Shown piece by piece: positions 11,090 to 24,300 of a stretch of 36,820 bases of DNA; positions within the stretch are counted from its first letter, which is position 1, and each line of letters begins with the position of its first letter. Location: assembly GCA_002104905.1 (NCBI GenBank), contig MCFE01000778.1:1-36820 (forward strand). The letters are read 5' to 3'. Source of the stretch: Basidiobolus meristosporus CBS 931.73 (taxonomy: Eukaryota > Fungi > Basidiobolomycota). The position numbers were made by a program, and so were the translations under genes. Under the pieces are notes generated by a model. The model was not told the DNA's origin. It made no database searches and saw only the letters and a program-made list of their open reading frames with translations.

Positions 11090-12254
11090 ATACTTTAAGA
11101 TAAAACTTAATACTACTCTTTGTTCCTGTTGACGATAAGTTTATTAGCATAGGCGGAGAGTCGCTACATGTGAAGGCGGGCTGGCCGCCCAAAAGTAAAA
11201 GGAAAGCCCATTACCTTGAATTAAGATTCAAGAGTTGAGATGGTGGTAGTACTAATAGTTGCTCAATAGACTAACTGGCAAAAAAATGCTGCACCTAAAT
11301 TCGGCGGAAAGGATAAATCCATCTTGGCTTTTATCATTTTCAACCGATTCCATTTGTTTGAAATGGGGCGGGAATCGATGATCTCAGCGGAGACTAGGAA
11401 TCGTGACCAGAGTACGATGCCGCCAACACGAACGTCATCGTATCCACCTCCATTTCGAATCATATAAACAATTCAGGGTAATCCTGAGGACTGGCCCTAT
11501 GGCCGGACTTTCCGGAATCGCTGGACTTGATCACCACTGAGCGTGCGCTGCGGGCCAATCACGCTTGGCCCAGATGATCCTTCTAGAAACGGCCCTCCGC
11601 GCTGCCAGCAAGCCGCCCAAGCCGACGCTTCTCTGCGGCGAGACGTCCAGCGAAGACGCTAGAACAGTGTCCATGCGGTGTCCTGCAGGATCCATGTGCG
11701 ATCTCTGGGCCTGTGGATAGTGCAATTGTCCTACGTGCTCAACAGGAGCGGCGGATCAGGATGGTGCCCCAGCCAGTGGACGCCATTGGCGAGGCTAAAT
11801 CGTAGGAAGCTTTGAGGTTTGCATGGCTGATTAGGGAGCAGCCAGATAATGTCCAGTGGATAATGGTGGTGGGATGCATGGCTGCAGATGCTGTGCTCCA
11901 GATCGTTTCTAACTGGATTCCTCTCTGGCTGTATCCCATTCACGGGCTGTGGCCTGCACCAGGAGAATCCCGCTTGAGGGCAAATTGTTCTTGATTGAAT
12001 CTATTCTCCTATTATCACTCTCCTCGGAGGTTTTGCTTGATTGCTCTGATAAAGACTGAGCCCCCGCCGTTCAGCCAGCCACTCCCCTTACTCTCTAAGC
12101 TTCGTACTCCAGCAAGAAGTGTTATCCAGAAGCATCCACTATCGTACCAAATAGACTGCCCTGCTCACCCTTTTCTACTCAAGAGGTGGCATAGAACCTA
12201 GCTTTGCGCGAGTGAACCCTGTACCAAGCCAGCCCGGTTTATTTTGTTGCATAG

Positions 12255-13448
12255 ATGCCTAGCTATTTTGGAAACTTCAACGACATATGTCGTATTGTCC
12301 CTTTGACTGTTTGCCCATTACTGGGAGCTAATGGGAACGGCATCGAGGCTCAGTGCTATGCTCGTAACTTCGAGTTTTCTGGACATTATTTTTTCGAATT
12401 CGGTAAGGTCTGAGTAGCGTTCTCCAACCCTTCACCCTGACTCACGTCGAGAATAGCTGCCGTGGTGATTTACATCGCTGCCCTGGTGATGGCGGTCATA
12501 ATGATATACCATATCAAGACGAAGTACACAGCAGTCGGTAGGAGGCTGGTTTCACGCGCAAGTTCCCTGATTGATGGTCCCTAACTAACCTGAATATCAA
12601 GGTCGAAAGGAGATGGCGTTCTTCTTCTACCTGTATTTGCTTACTACTTTGGTTGAGATGTTGCTTGTTTCTGGCGCCATCCCCATCGTATCCAGCTTGT
12701 ATCCCGTAAGTAGTCTCCAGGGCCACCCACCCTGCCGGCGCACCGTAGTAACAGCCGTTTGCTATAATTAGTGGTTTGCAGCCGCCCACGTCGGTCTGGT
12801 GTGTGCCTCCATCTGGTGTCTGTTGATGAATGGGTTTGTGGGATTTCAGATTTACGAGGACGGGACAGCACTATCGCTCTGGGTAATCTTCGATGGCTAG
12901 CACCAGGCATGGGACTGCGCTAATTCCTCTATCTGCAGCTACTGCGCCTCTCGAGCCTCTTTGTTCTTGGCGGGGTGTACTTCGTTGCAATCGCCACTTT
13001 CAAAAACATCACCGGCTTCTTCGGACCTACCAAGCAGCTTGTCCTATGGATCGTTTATTTCGTCTTCAATGCCGCGGCGATATTGGTGTACTTCGTGATG
13101 CAGCTCGTACTGGTTATCAAGACGCTTGACGACAGATGGCCTTTAGGTAGCGTGGTATGGTTCGGTTCACCGCAGCATGTATGCTAACCAGTCGTGTCTT
13201 TAGGGGATATCCTGTTTGCGTTTGCCTTCTTCGCCATCGGGCAGTTCTGCCTCTACGTGCTCTCGAGGGACATATGCGTTTACGCGAACCATTACATCGA
13301 CGGCATGTTCTTTGGGGTTCTGTGCTCGTTGTTGGGGGTGATGATGATCTACAAGTACTGGGACTCCATCACCAAGGAGGATCTCGAGTTCAGCGTTGGC
13401 AGTAAAAATGTACAGTGGGATTACAAGGGGGCCAACTATGCGTACTAA
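12255..13448 (+). CDS. CHS7: Chitin synthase export chaperone Chs7 (multi-pass ER membrane protein); 6 exons
   Basis: Spliced translation: [34 protein letters not shown]...[13 protein letters not shown]...[13 protein letters not shown]...[11 protein letters not shown]...HYIDGMFFG...[20 protein letters not shown]. These are diagnostic Chs7 motifs. Five canonical introns. Confidence 0.96.
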
Positions 13449-14870
13449 GCCGTGTTTGCAGTGCGCACACTGCTGCCATGTATGCTGCGCCTCCCACCAT
13501 AGAGAGCCCCTCGATTTCATCTCCTTTCATACCACCCAATACCCATGAGCACTACAGGGGCTTTCTTTTGGGACGGGTGAAAGCCTTTCGTCCCCTCTCT
13601 TCTCCGTCATTACACCACTCGGAACGTCACCGAACTATCTCCAAACAAAATGCGCAGCCGTCACATGATGGCTGGACTCCGTTTCGTCCACTATCTTTTA
13701 GCATCCCCGCCTCGTATTGCTACCCATCTTATAAATTATCCTGGTGTTAACATCCAGGCTATCGTAAACATTGCACTGTCCCATGAGATCGCTGTTCATC
13801 CAGCCCGCAGTAAGCACCCTAATTGTTGACGACGGTGACTGCTTTCACTGAACAAAATGACTGGTGGGACAGCAGTGGCTAGCGAGACACACTAGCCAGC
13901 ACCCGTGTACAAACCCAGGCTGAAATAAAGTTAACGATCCAGGAAGAGACTCCTGTTACCCAGGCCTTGGCTCAGTGCCAGCTAGCCACATGGTTGGTCC
14001 TAATTTGTGCATGATTCTACGAAATGGCCCATGCACAGCTCTCTCTAGCCTCATTGCAGTTGGAAGGTATAGGTAATGCAAATCGTCCCTAATGGGAAAC
14101 CCAAGAGTGAGCTCCACCCTTAATTGGGAATCGTGGCATGCCAATCACAACACCCCTTTCTTTGCTCTACCAGCTCAGTCGTCTCGGGCATCCTACTGCA
14201 CGCCACGCCTGGCCGTCCATTAAGGCGACTACACAGCCCAAGATATACTCCTGTGCACCGACCCACCAACTCGCTTATTGAAGCAATCACGACCACTTCC
14301 ACCGGGCCCTCTCGCCTTGGACGCGGCCAGGACTCCGGCGCTCTCTAGATGCGCTCATCTGGCCCGGCGAAAGCGTAATTTCGGGGAAGGGCTAGTGGAG
14401 AAGCCTACGAATTTGAAGCATTTTATTGGAGAGGACCTCCTCTGGTGAGCAGACCAGACCCTGCGTGTTCCAAATGTAACAGCACACGGAGGCTTAGGCT
14501 TCTAGGCCGCCAGAGCGGTATACTCACGCGGAGCAACCGCCAAAAACTCGTAAGGCAATCTATGGCGAGACTTCACTCTGTATGTTAGTCACCCATTCTG
14601 TCCTATGCAGGCACCATACGCGCATAGATGGATATATCAAGATCAATGGAGATCGAATTCGAGCCACAGGAATGAGGTTGAACCGTTCTCAATTGATTAG
14701 ATTGGAGATGGGAGATCAGAATCTTGAGCAGTTGATGAAAATTTTATTCAAAAAACGTGGATCAGCTAGATTAACTGGCCTGCCTTATTAGTGTAATCGA
14801 AGCTAACCATCCATTTAGGTGGGCTTCTCTCTAAATTTCTGCTTCTCCAATACACCTTACTCCTGACATT

Positions 14871-16762
14871 ATGGATCCCTATGCTACACAAGCCGTTCCC
14901 AACCCTGCTATGATGGGAATGTCCCAACAAGAAGAGGGCTTCAGAAGTTTGTACGTCGGTAACCTCGATCCCAGAGTGACCGATTATATGCTGTGGGAGA
15001 TTTTTGCTACCGTAGGCCAAGTCATCAGTATTAAGATCATCCCCGACAAGAGTGTAAGTAGTTGCGTTGTATTGAGTACTTACGACATGCCAGGGTAGCT
15101 GGCGTCTCCCCCACTGCGTATCCCTTACAATCCCCGGACTCAATGAAAAGCAGACCTCAGCGAGCTTCTTGGGATACGATAGAACAGCCAAGTTGTTTCC
15201 ACCTCACCCCAGCACCCTCCTTCTCCTTTTCCCTGAATGCTTTTCGTCTCTGTTCGCCTTGATCCAAAGCCCTGCCACTGACTTGCTTTTGGATCTTTGC
15301 TTTAGTATGCTCACGGAGGGTTGAACTATGGTTTCATTGAGTTTATTGATCACTACTCTGCCGATCAAGCCCTCCAGACGCTCAACGGTCGTAAAATCTT
15401 CAACTCCGAGATCAGGGTCAACTGGGCTTTCGCTGGTGCCAACGCTCACAAGGAGGATACCTCAAGTGAGTGTTAGCTAGGTTGGGTGGGCGATGGTTTA
15501 CTTCGGCGACTCACTCTGGTTTGAATTCATCTAGGCCACTACCATGTGTTTGTCGGAGATTTAAGTCCAGAGGTCAACGATCAGGTGTTGGCACAAGCGT
15601 TTAGCGCTTTTGGTAGTATGTCGTAAGTAGTTTAAGCCGAGACGTTCCCCTTACATTCAGGGTTGGCTCGCTTTACTAAATCTCCGCTCCTAGTGATGCT
15701 CGCGTTATGTGGGACATGAACTCTGGAAAGTCAAGAGGGTATGGATTTGTTGCCTTCAGAGAAAAAGCCGTAAGTAGGATGCCGTGAACTCTACCAATTC
15801 GATGACTGATAAAACGAAATCTATCCGTTAGGATGCTGAGCAGGCCATCAACACGATGAATGGTAGGGAGCATGGAGCATCCGTGCGTTTCATTAGACTT
15901 ATCACGAGATTCCCATTTAGGCGAGTGGCTGGGAAGTAGAGCCATCAGGTGTAACTGGGCAAATCAAAAAGGAGCGGCCTCTACTGCCACAGCGGGTGCA
16001 CCAGCAGGTTGGTTCCCTCTTAGCGGTTGGGTCATAAGATTGCGTGTTAATCCCATCTCTCTATACCAGCTACCGCGTCCTACAAACAACCAATGACCTA
16101 CGAAGCAGTAGTTACACAAAGCCCTCAACACAACACCACCATTTATGCTGGCAATCTAGCACCTTACACCACTCGTAAGTATGGGGGCTTCCACTCCACA
16201 CCGGGCATTCCCACTGATCCATCTTTTCTTGTAATCGGTAGAGGAGCAACTGTACCCTCTGTTCCAGCAATACGGCTATATCATTGATATTCGTATGCAG
16301 GTGGATCGTGGTTTCGCCTTTGTCAAGCTCGACACCCACGAAAACGCTGCCATGGCCATTGTTTCGCTCCATGGAGCCGTGGTCAACGGAAGACCCCTTA
16401 AATGCTCGTGGGGTAAGGACAAGCCATCGGATTCTACCTCCACCCCATCATACCCTCAACAATCCTATGGTTATATGGCGCCCATGTACTCCATGTATCA
16501 ACCACAGGCATACGCTGCGCCGGGTGCTGAGGCGGCCGATCCCAACGCCCAAACTGCACCTGGCGCTTGGGACGGCTACACCATGTACGATCCCTATGGC
16601 CAATATTATGGAGCCTATGGAGCACCTGCTGCATACGGCGTTCCAGCCGCTGATCCCAATGCCACTCCCACCCCTCCTGCTCCTGGAAACCCAACAGCAG
16701 CGGCCGCTCACTCTGCTGCCAGCGGCGCAGGTGAAGCCACAACCCAGTCCACTGGCTACTAA
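14871..16762 (+). CDS. PUB1: Pub1/TIA-1-family RNA-binding protein (3 RRMs plus a Tyr/Ala/Pro/Gln-rich low-complexity tail); 8 exons
   Basis: RRM1 [25 protein letters not shown]; RRM2 [46 protein letters not shown]; RRM3 [34 protein letters not shown]. Seven GT-AG introns; intron 1 is 15054-15305. Confidence 0.93.
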
Positions 16763-18551
16763 GCAGCCAGCAAACACCGAGATCCGCCATTTATTCCACA
16801 TTTATGTACCAGCGAAATTAGGAGGGTCACACCATTTATAGAAGCATAATCCACTTTCTTGGGGATACTTCGGAGGAGGGGGGAAGCGAGAGGCATCTGG
16901 TGAATTTTTGTCTACGCTTCCATTGATTTTGGGGGAGGAGCGAAAATCTTCATTTGAAATTGGTTTCTAAACAAAAGTATTCAATGTACATTATCGCAAG
17001 AAGTAATTCTCCCATAAACCTACCCGATGAAAGTGATACGATGTCTAGTGATTTGCGTCCCCTTGCTCCTGCTGCACGTTGGGTGCACCTATCGATTATG
17101 CTCGTAATTGCCGGGCTACTGGGAATCTGGCATCCGGCCAAACGGTTCGCACCCAGATGCGGGAATTGCTTGGAGCCCGAGCAGTCGCTTCTGGACCATG
17201 TACCATGTAGCCCTGACTACTCCATGCAAGCCCTGGTTTCGGGTTAATGAACTCAATCAGACTAATTATGCTCGGCCCAATCAGTGTGGCCCAATCGTCC
17301 ACCGTTCAACGTCATTGTTATCCAATTCAGGTCATATGGGATGATTACTAGGGGTTGCAGTGGGCAGGGTGGTTAGACCCGCCTGCTCAGCGAGTTGGAT
17401 TTTGGAAGCTTGGCTCCCACCGTGGGCCAGACGAAACAACTTCCTGGGGGAGGCACTCACCTTGTTAATTGCCATGGGTTTGGCATTAATGGTAACATTA
17501 CTAGTCACTGACACCGTGGCATAGTAGAGTCCCCCGGTTTGGCGTTGAGTTGTCTAGGCATCCCTGCGATTGGCTTCCAATCAGAGCCCATCGTTCGCAG
17601 TGGTCAGGAAGCGATGGCTGACTGCTCATGTGCAGCTGTTGTCATTTCCATCAAGTCTGAGGTTCACAGGTTGCTTCGAGCTATCACCAGCAGATCGTTA
17701 CATTTTCAATAATTCCTTTTACGTGCGCGGTGGTAAATGTATGGAAGGTGCCTTCTATTGGAGATTCGTTGCCTGCACCATCCTCGTGTCACCATCTGGT
17801 AGGGGTACAGTAACTGTTGGCTTGGGATTCTCTCTCAAGCAGTTATTGAGGTAACTTGCGATCGGAGGGTTGGGGTGATTTGTGGATTTCGTTCCCAGTG
17901 ACCGGGTGCCAAAGTCACTCTCCGAAACTCTCCCGCAGGGTGCCAGTGGGATTTCGTGATTGCTATTGCGAATGCCTGGGCTTCATGCAAGTATTTGATG
18001 AGATCCGATGGGGTGACCTTGGGAGATATGGATCAGCGTTAAGAATCTCCTTTGTCTATACATTAAGAAACAATGCTCACTCGATGCCTCGTTTCTCTTG
18101 ACACGAATGGACCCTGATGCCAGGCGTGGGGTGGTTATTTGCTACAATCGATTAGGTGTATTCTTTCCAGAGGTACACCATGTGAATACTATCTCGGTAA
18201 TTCGTTCGATTAAATATGCAGATTACCCGCTAAATAGCCACATTTTCAATTTACCTATATCTTACGGCAACAAGTTCGATGGAGGTCGACTACCCAATTC
18301 CACCATCCTTTGCCACTCTGTGTTCAACCTGGAAGTAAAAGTGTTCTCTGAAACCAACCCCCTCACTCTCCTCCTTGCCTCCAACCAGCCTACCCAAAGT
18401 CCAGCCATTCCCCAAACCTACACTCACCCCCCTCCTGCCTTTGCCTTCCCCCTCCCAGAATTGCCCTTTTCCTCCCACGCCTCCCTAACTTTCCTGTCAC
18501 TCCCCTTGGAAACCCCGAACCAAACTTCGCTAACTTTCCAGACCTTCGATA

Positions 18552-20918
18552 ATGGGTGCTTGCTCGAGCTGTTGTCTTGGTGGTATGTGAGTTGGCCTTT
18601 TCTCCCCGTGACTGTCTCTGATTTGCTGTTTTCTCTGCCTTCTAGATAAGCAAAGAGCAGGTCTATACGAGCCGTTGCTTCAGGAAAACGAGCGGGAAGC
18701 CGTGGCGGATTTGCTTCAGTACTTGGACAGTATGTGGGAGCCCCCGCTGACGTTGTTGCCCAACCCATCCTCACGCAAACACTTGTCTTTCAGGTCGAAC
18801 CAGGGGCGACACCAACTTCTTCGACGGAGACCCGTTGAGGGCGTTGTCCACACTCGCCTTTTCGGATAACCTGGACCTCCAGCGCTCCGCTGCCCTCGCC
18901 TTCGCCGAAATCACAGAAAAAGGTTTGTCCGAGTAAGAGTAGCGCAGTCGACGACCCTCCAGATGGATTGACGCTCCCCTTCCCCTTCCCCTTACCTCAA
19001 TAGATTCCCGGGAGGTTTCTAGAGAGGCGCTTGAACCCGTAATGTTCCTTCTCCAATCTTCTGACGTAGAGGTGCAGCGTGCGGCATCCGCCTCCTTAGG
19101 AAACTTGGCCGTTAATAGTAAGTGCAACGCATGGTTGGGGAGAAATACTTGGTTCGGTCTAATCCCAGTTCCGGTCGATAGCGGAAAATAAGCTTCTGAT
19201 CGTAAGGATGGGCGGGCTTGAATCCCTCATCCGACAAATGCTCTCACCCAACGTAGAAGTCCAATGCAACGCGGTTGGCTGCATCACTAACCTTGCTACC
19301 CACGGTAAGCTCCCTATCTCTACGGTCAGACACAACCATCCGTAGTGCCGCACGTTCATCCTCAACTCTCCGCTTAGACGAGAACAAAGCCAAAATTGCT
19401 CGCAGCGGTGCCCTCATCCCTTTGACGAAGCTGGCACGCTCGAAAGATATGAGGGTTCAGAGAAATGCCACCGGCGCATTGCTAAACATGACCCACTCAA
19501 GTAAGTGTCTCTCCCGTGTTACCAGAAGCCATCAAGACCTAAGGAACCCATCGTGAACAGTCGAGAACCGTCAGCAGCTGGTCAATGCCGGGGCCATTCC
19601 TGTCCTCGTCAGCCTTCTCAACTCCCCTGACACGGATGTCCAGTACTACTGCACCACCGCGTTGAGCAATATCGCCGTTGATGGTAATCAAGAGCTCATT
19701 GCCTGGATTGCGCATGCGAACCACCTCCACTAATCACCTGATGCTTCTAGTTGAGAATCGGAAAAAGCTGACCCAATCCGAAACCCGACTCGTCAACTCC
19801 CTCATCGGACTGATGGAGTCCACCTCGCTCAAGGTGCAATGCCAGGCGGCGCTGGCGTTGAGAAATTTGGCATCCGATGGTTAGTGGCCTCCGGTTCGGT
19901 TTCCCTGGACTTGGCTAACCTCTTTTGCCCCCCCCACCGCTGCCCCAGAGAGGTACCAGCTTGACATTGTTCGCTCAGACGGCCTGCCCCCATTGCTTCG
20001 CCTTCTCCAATCCTCCTTCCTTCCGTTGATACTCTCCTCTGTCGCATGTATCCGGAACCTCTCCATCCATCCCCAGAACGAAGCGGCCATCATTGCCGCG
20101 GGATTTGTCGGGCCGCTTGTGGAACTCCTGGGCTACGATGAGAACGAGGAAGTGCAGATCCATGCCACGAGCACCCTGCGAAATCTGGCCGCCAGCTCGG
20201 AGAAGAACAAGAAGGCGATCGTCGATGCGGGTGCGGTGGAGAAAATCAAGGAACTGGTCCTCGAGTCCCCGGTGGCTGTCCAGAGCGAGATGACCGCGGC
20301 CATTGCGGTCCTGGCATTGAGTGGTAAGTGGAATCTTCGCCTCGGACGGCAAGCGCGTCATCTCACATCCACATGATCCCCCATCCCCTCTAGACGAGCT
20401 GAAAAGTGTGATGCTGCACAAAAGCATCTTCGCCGCGCTGGTCCCGTTGACCCATTCGGAGAATCCGGAGGTGAAAGGGAACACCGCGGCCGCGATAGGC
20501 AACCTGTGCACCAAGGTGGACGACATCAGCCCATTCCTTCAGGCGTGGGAGGAGCCCTCTGGTGGACTTCATCAGTATCTAACGCAGTTCCTGAACAGCC
20601 AGGACACCACCTTCCAGCATATCGCGGTCTGGACAATCGTTCAGTTCTTGGACATGAAAGGTACAGTGGGCAGGACTTGAACATCGCCGACAGGACCTAA
20701 CTTGACCTCACTTTGCCTCTGCAGACGCCGATCTCACTCGGAAGATTGCCGAGTCTGACTCGCTCATCGCGGTCGTGAGGAACCTGGCCACGCAAGCCCC
20801 CGATGCCGTCGAAGCCGAACATACCTCTGGCGACGCGGAAGAGGCCGGGGATGAGACCGAGATCTCGGCGCTCGCCAGGAGAGTGCTCAGTATTATCGAG
20901 TCGGAGACGACCCACTGA
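18552..20918 (+). CDS. VAC8: Vacuolar armadillo-repeat protein Vac8; 11 exons predicted
   Basis: N-terminus [10 protein letters not shown] (myristoylation Gly2 and palmitoylation Cys). Motifs [104 protein letters not shown]. Ten introns; stop TGA at 20916-20918. Confidence 0.96.
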
Positions 20919-21366
20919 GGAAGACGAAACACCCTCCCCCTCCACGTCTCCCGTGAGGACCTGATGTGTGTTCGAGGCACCTCTATTGAAGAAAATGTAA
21001 AGGAAACCCTAGGAAATAGTTTTGACCCACTTAATAAAAACCATGCTCTCATCTGGTTGGTAGTCGGCGCACATACTGTATAGGGTGGGCACGTAGGTGG
21101 TTTGGGTTCCCCTCCATCCCAGCATCTCGATACTGGAAGGTGTATCCAGGGTAGGAAGCGGTGGGCTTGATGTGCAACGTGGAGACTAGTGTAGGCATTG
21201 AGTAACCTCTGAATTCTGGGATTCCTGGTGTGGATCAAATGGTTTATTTCTTGACTTTGCATCATGGCTGATGGCAGTGTGTGTGAGGGATGCTTCATGG
21301 GGGAGGAATCAAGTTGGGGGAGTGGAGGCGCGGGTGGGGAAGGGGAAGGGGTGAGGGCTGCTGGGC

Positions 21367-24300
21367 TCACTGGTCCAGCAGAAAGTTGGTCGCCTTGTTC
21401 AGATCGTAGTCGTATCGTTCAAGAGCCATCTGTGCTTGTTCCTGCGTAAATCCCATGCCGGTCAACTCACGCAAGCTGCTCGAGTGTGGACTATCCATCT
21501 TGGGCACTGGTGGGCTGCTTTCTGCTGGCCTAGGCGGTGCATATGTGTCGTTGGATGGGCCGCTGCTCTGAGGGGCGCCAAAGAGATCGAAATGAGGCGC
21601 TGTATTTGGCTGGTTGACTGCAAATATATCATCGAAGCCGGGGTTGGCCGCGGTAGGTGGAGCGGGACTCGCGTGGGTGGTGGGGTTGGTGGGGTTGGTA
21701 GGGGCAAATGCGTCGCCAAAGATGTCGTCAAAGACGGGGTTCGGTTTTTTGCTCATATTGGCCGCTCCGCCAAACATCTCATCAAGGTCATTTTGGGCCG
21801 GCGGCTTGGCATCATTCGCGCCGAATCCTTCGAAATCAAACACTGAGGGCTGGGTAGGTTGCTGGTTAGCGTCCACCGGCTTGCTCGCCTTGGTGGAGAA
21901 AGCAAGCTCGGCATCACTGGTGATTCGGTCAGTGGTTGGGAATTTGGCGTTGAAATCAAGATCATCAAAGGTTAGCTTGGTGCTGGTGTTGGCGTCGGCT
22001 GGGTTGTTAAGGCCGGAGTTGAAAGCGGTGTCAAACTCTAGCAAACTCTTGTCAAACCCGCCGTTCTTCTTGGCCTTGAGATTAGCCAGTGGGTCTGCCG
22101 GGGTCTTTTCCAAGACACCCTTATCTTTACTGCTGCTGGTTAGGGATCCCAGGCTGTTGCTTCCGCTGTGGATGCCATACGGTTTCGGTTCGTTCTTGGG
22201 AGAAACGATCTGAGCCTTATTCATGTCCAATTCCAGCTCTGTTTCCTCGTTTTGTCCAGGCAAGACCCGCTGTGCATCGGCTGCCGTTCGCTCCTCCAGG
22301 AGTGGCTCTCTTTTGTCGGTGTCATTAGTCATCTTGGGGAAGAAAATGCTGGAAGGCTGATCGTCCGCAGGCTTGGATGACGTCCAAAACATCGGGTTGT
22401 CAAAGGACAGAGGCGAGTGAGACTGTGATGTGGATTGAGGCGGAGATTGAGTGGAGGAGAATGACGAGCTGCCTGGGTTGCTGTTGAACGTCTTTTCCTT
22501 GGCGCTACCTAAATTGACAGCAGGGAAGATGTTGTTGAAACTGGAGCCACTTGCATTGCGCTCATGCGAAGCTCCTGGCACTGCACTGGAGGGGAAGCTG
22601 GATGGAGGGGATTTCTTGAAATTCTCCCCGGTCCCTAGGAAATGCTGAGGGGGGGACTTGGTGAGATTAAAGGGGCTGTTCGCGGCGTTCTCGACAGGCG
22701 TAGCCGATGCACCCATCCCGTAGTTGGAGCCTAGATTTGGAGAGCCCCGTGGGAAACCACCCAACTGATGCTCGTCCGGTGAACCTTCCAACCTTTTCTT
22801 CTCGGCAGAAACACTGGCTAGCTGCCCGCGATTCACTTGCAGTAGGTTCTTTTGCTGTTTATTTTCTCGGGTCATTCTCTCATTGTCCGCCTTTAGTTTC
22901 ACAATCTCCTCGTTGAGCTGCTTGATTTTTTGCTTGATCTCATTGCTCTCCTTGATATCCTTATCCATCTCTTCCTGTAAGATGTTCTTTTGGAGCTGCA
23001 GCTGATTGTATTCCTGCTCTATCTTGCTCAGCTCGCTGCGTTTGCTTTGCAACTCCTCGTTTTCTTTTCTCAAGGATTCCTGGAGCCCCTGGATGACATT
23101 TACATCCACGTCGTAGAGCCCCTTGAGTTGGGAGTATTTCTTCTCGACGTCCTTCCTCTGGCTGGTAACGCTCGCCAGGCTATGCTCCAACTGTTCGCGC
23201 TCAGCATTCGCGGCAGTTGGACGGCCCAGGTGACTGGGGAAATTCGAGATTTCGGCCGAATCTAGCACCGGAGTACTGGTCAGACTCCTAGCCGGCTGAT
23301 CTGCAAGTGCGGGTGGGGTTACCTTCGAGCAATCCTCATCTATAGACCGAGCGCATACTTACTTTGCGTAGGTGGGCTGACAAAGCCCAGCCCTGATTTG
23401 TGCAGATCTAGCAGCGGGCTTGACTGGACTGGAGCCTGTGACATGGTGTGGTTTCTGGATAAGCTCGACCCATACCCTGCTGCAACAGTAATGCATGCTG
23501 AGTCCGCAGGGAAAATTCATCCGCTACAATCACATACATACCTTGGGGCTTTCTCATGGTCGGCGGAATGAACGAGCGTGGAAGCACCGGAGGCAGCTCA
23601 CTTCCAGATAGCTTCATCTGAATCAGATGCAGTGACACGGCGAACTCCTCACGATTCAATTGTCCATTTTGACTGATGTCGGCTAAATCCCTGGTTTGGC
23701 CAAGCGAAAAGGGTCATGGAATCAGTTGGTGCTCAGTCAATCGTAAGTGCACAGTGGTAAATACCAGATTTGAGCCAAAGTAGCCTCAGATAGTTTGGAG
23801 CGAGAGAAGTACTGAACCGCCTCCTCTCCGGTGATGTATCCCTTGTTCGTCAAATCCACTGTCGCAAAGAGTCGATCGTACTTGGCTTTCTCTTCCGGTT
23901 TGATTACCCACTCTTCCTCCGCTGGGTTCAGGTGTCCAGAGAAGGTGTTGCTGCGGTTGGCAGTAGTAGCGATATTCCTGCCTTGCGGGCTCGCCTTGGC
24001 TCCTCTCGCAGCGCTTAAAAGCTCCGCCGGCAGCTGGTTTGGTATCACCTTGATATTGCCATTCATGTAATGCTGTACAAAATACATGGCAACGCTGAAC
24101 TCCGCCTGATCCAGGCGGCCGCGATTTTGTGTGTCGGCAAGATTCCTGAGCGAGGGGGTCAGTAACCATTCGAGGCGGGCTGGTAGCCATGTCGGACCTG
24201 CTCAGTCTTTGTAGTAGGATTCCGTGGGATGACTTACCATATTTGACCAAGAACATCGATAGGTAGCTTCGTTTTCATCAACAAATCCCTAGCGGTATCG

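Noticed and set aside
15054-15305. TPP riboswitch in PUB1 intron 1
   Set aside because: Lacks the conserved CUGAGA and AUACCUG/GAUAAUGCC aptamer motifs.
18098-18649. 183-aa ORF upstream of VAC8
   Set aside because: Starts at a non-ATG codon, runs through the pyrimidine-rich VAC8 leader and into its first intron out of frame.
19975-20945. Minus-strand ORFs (183 aa and 82 aa) and the 220-aa ORF 20708-21370
   Set aside because: Antisense to VAC8 exons or running through C-rich 3' UTR sequence; low-complexity artefacts.
21614-22213. 199-aa plus-strand ORF and other plus ORFs at 21436-23265
   Set aside because: Antisense shadows of the long EDE1 exon, with no motifs of their own.
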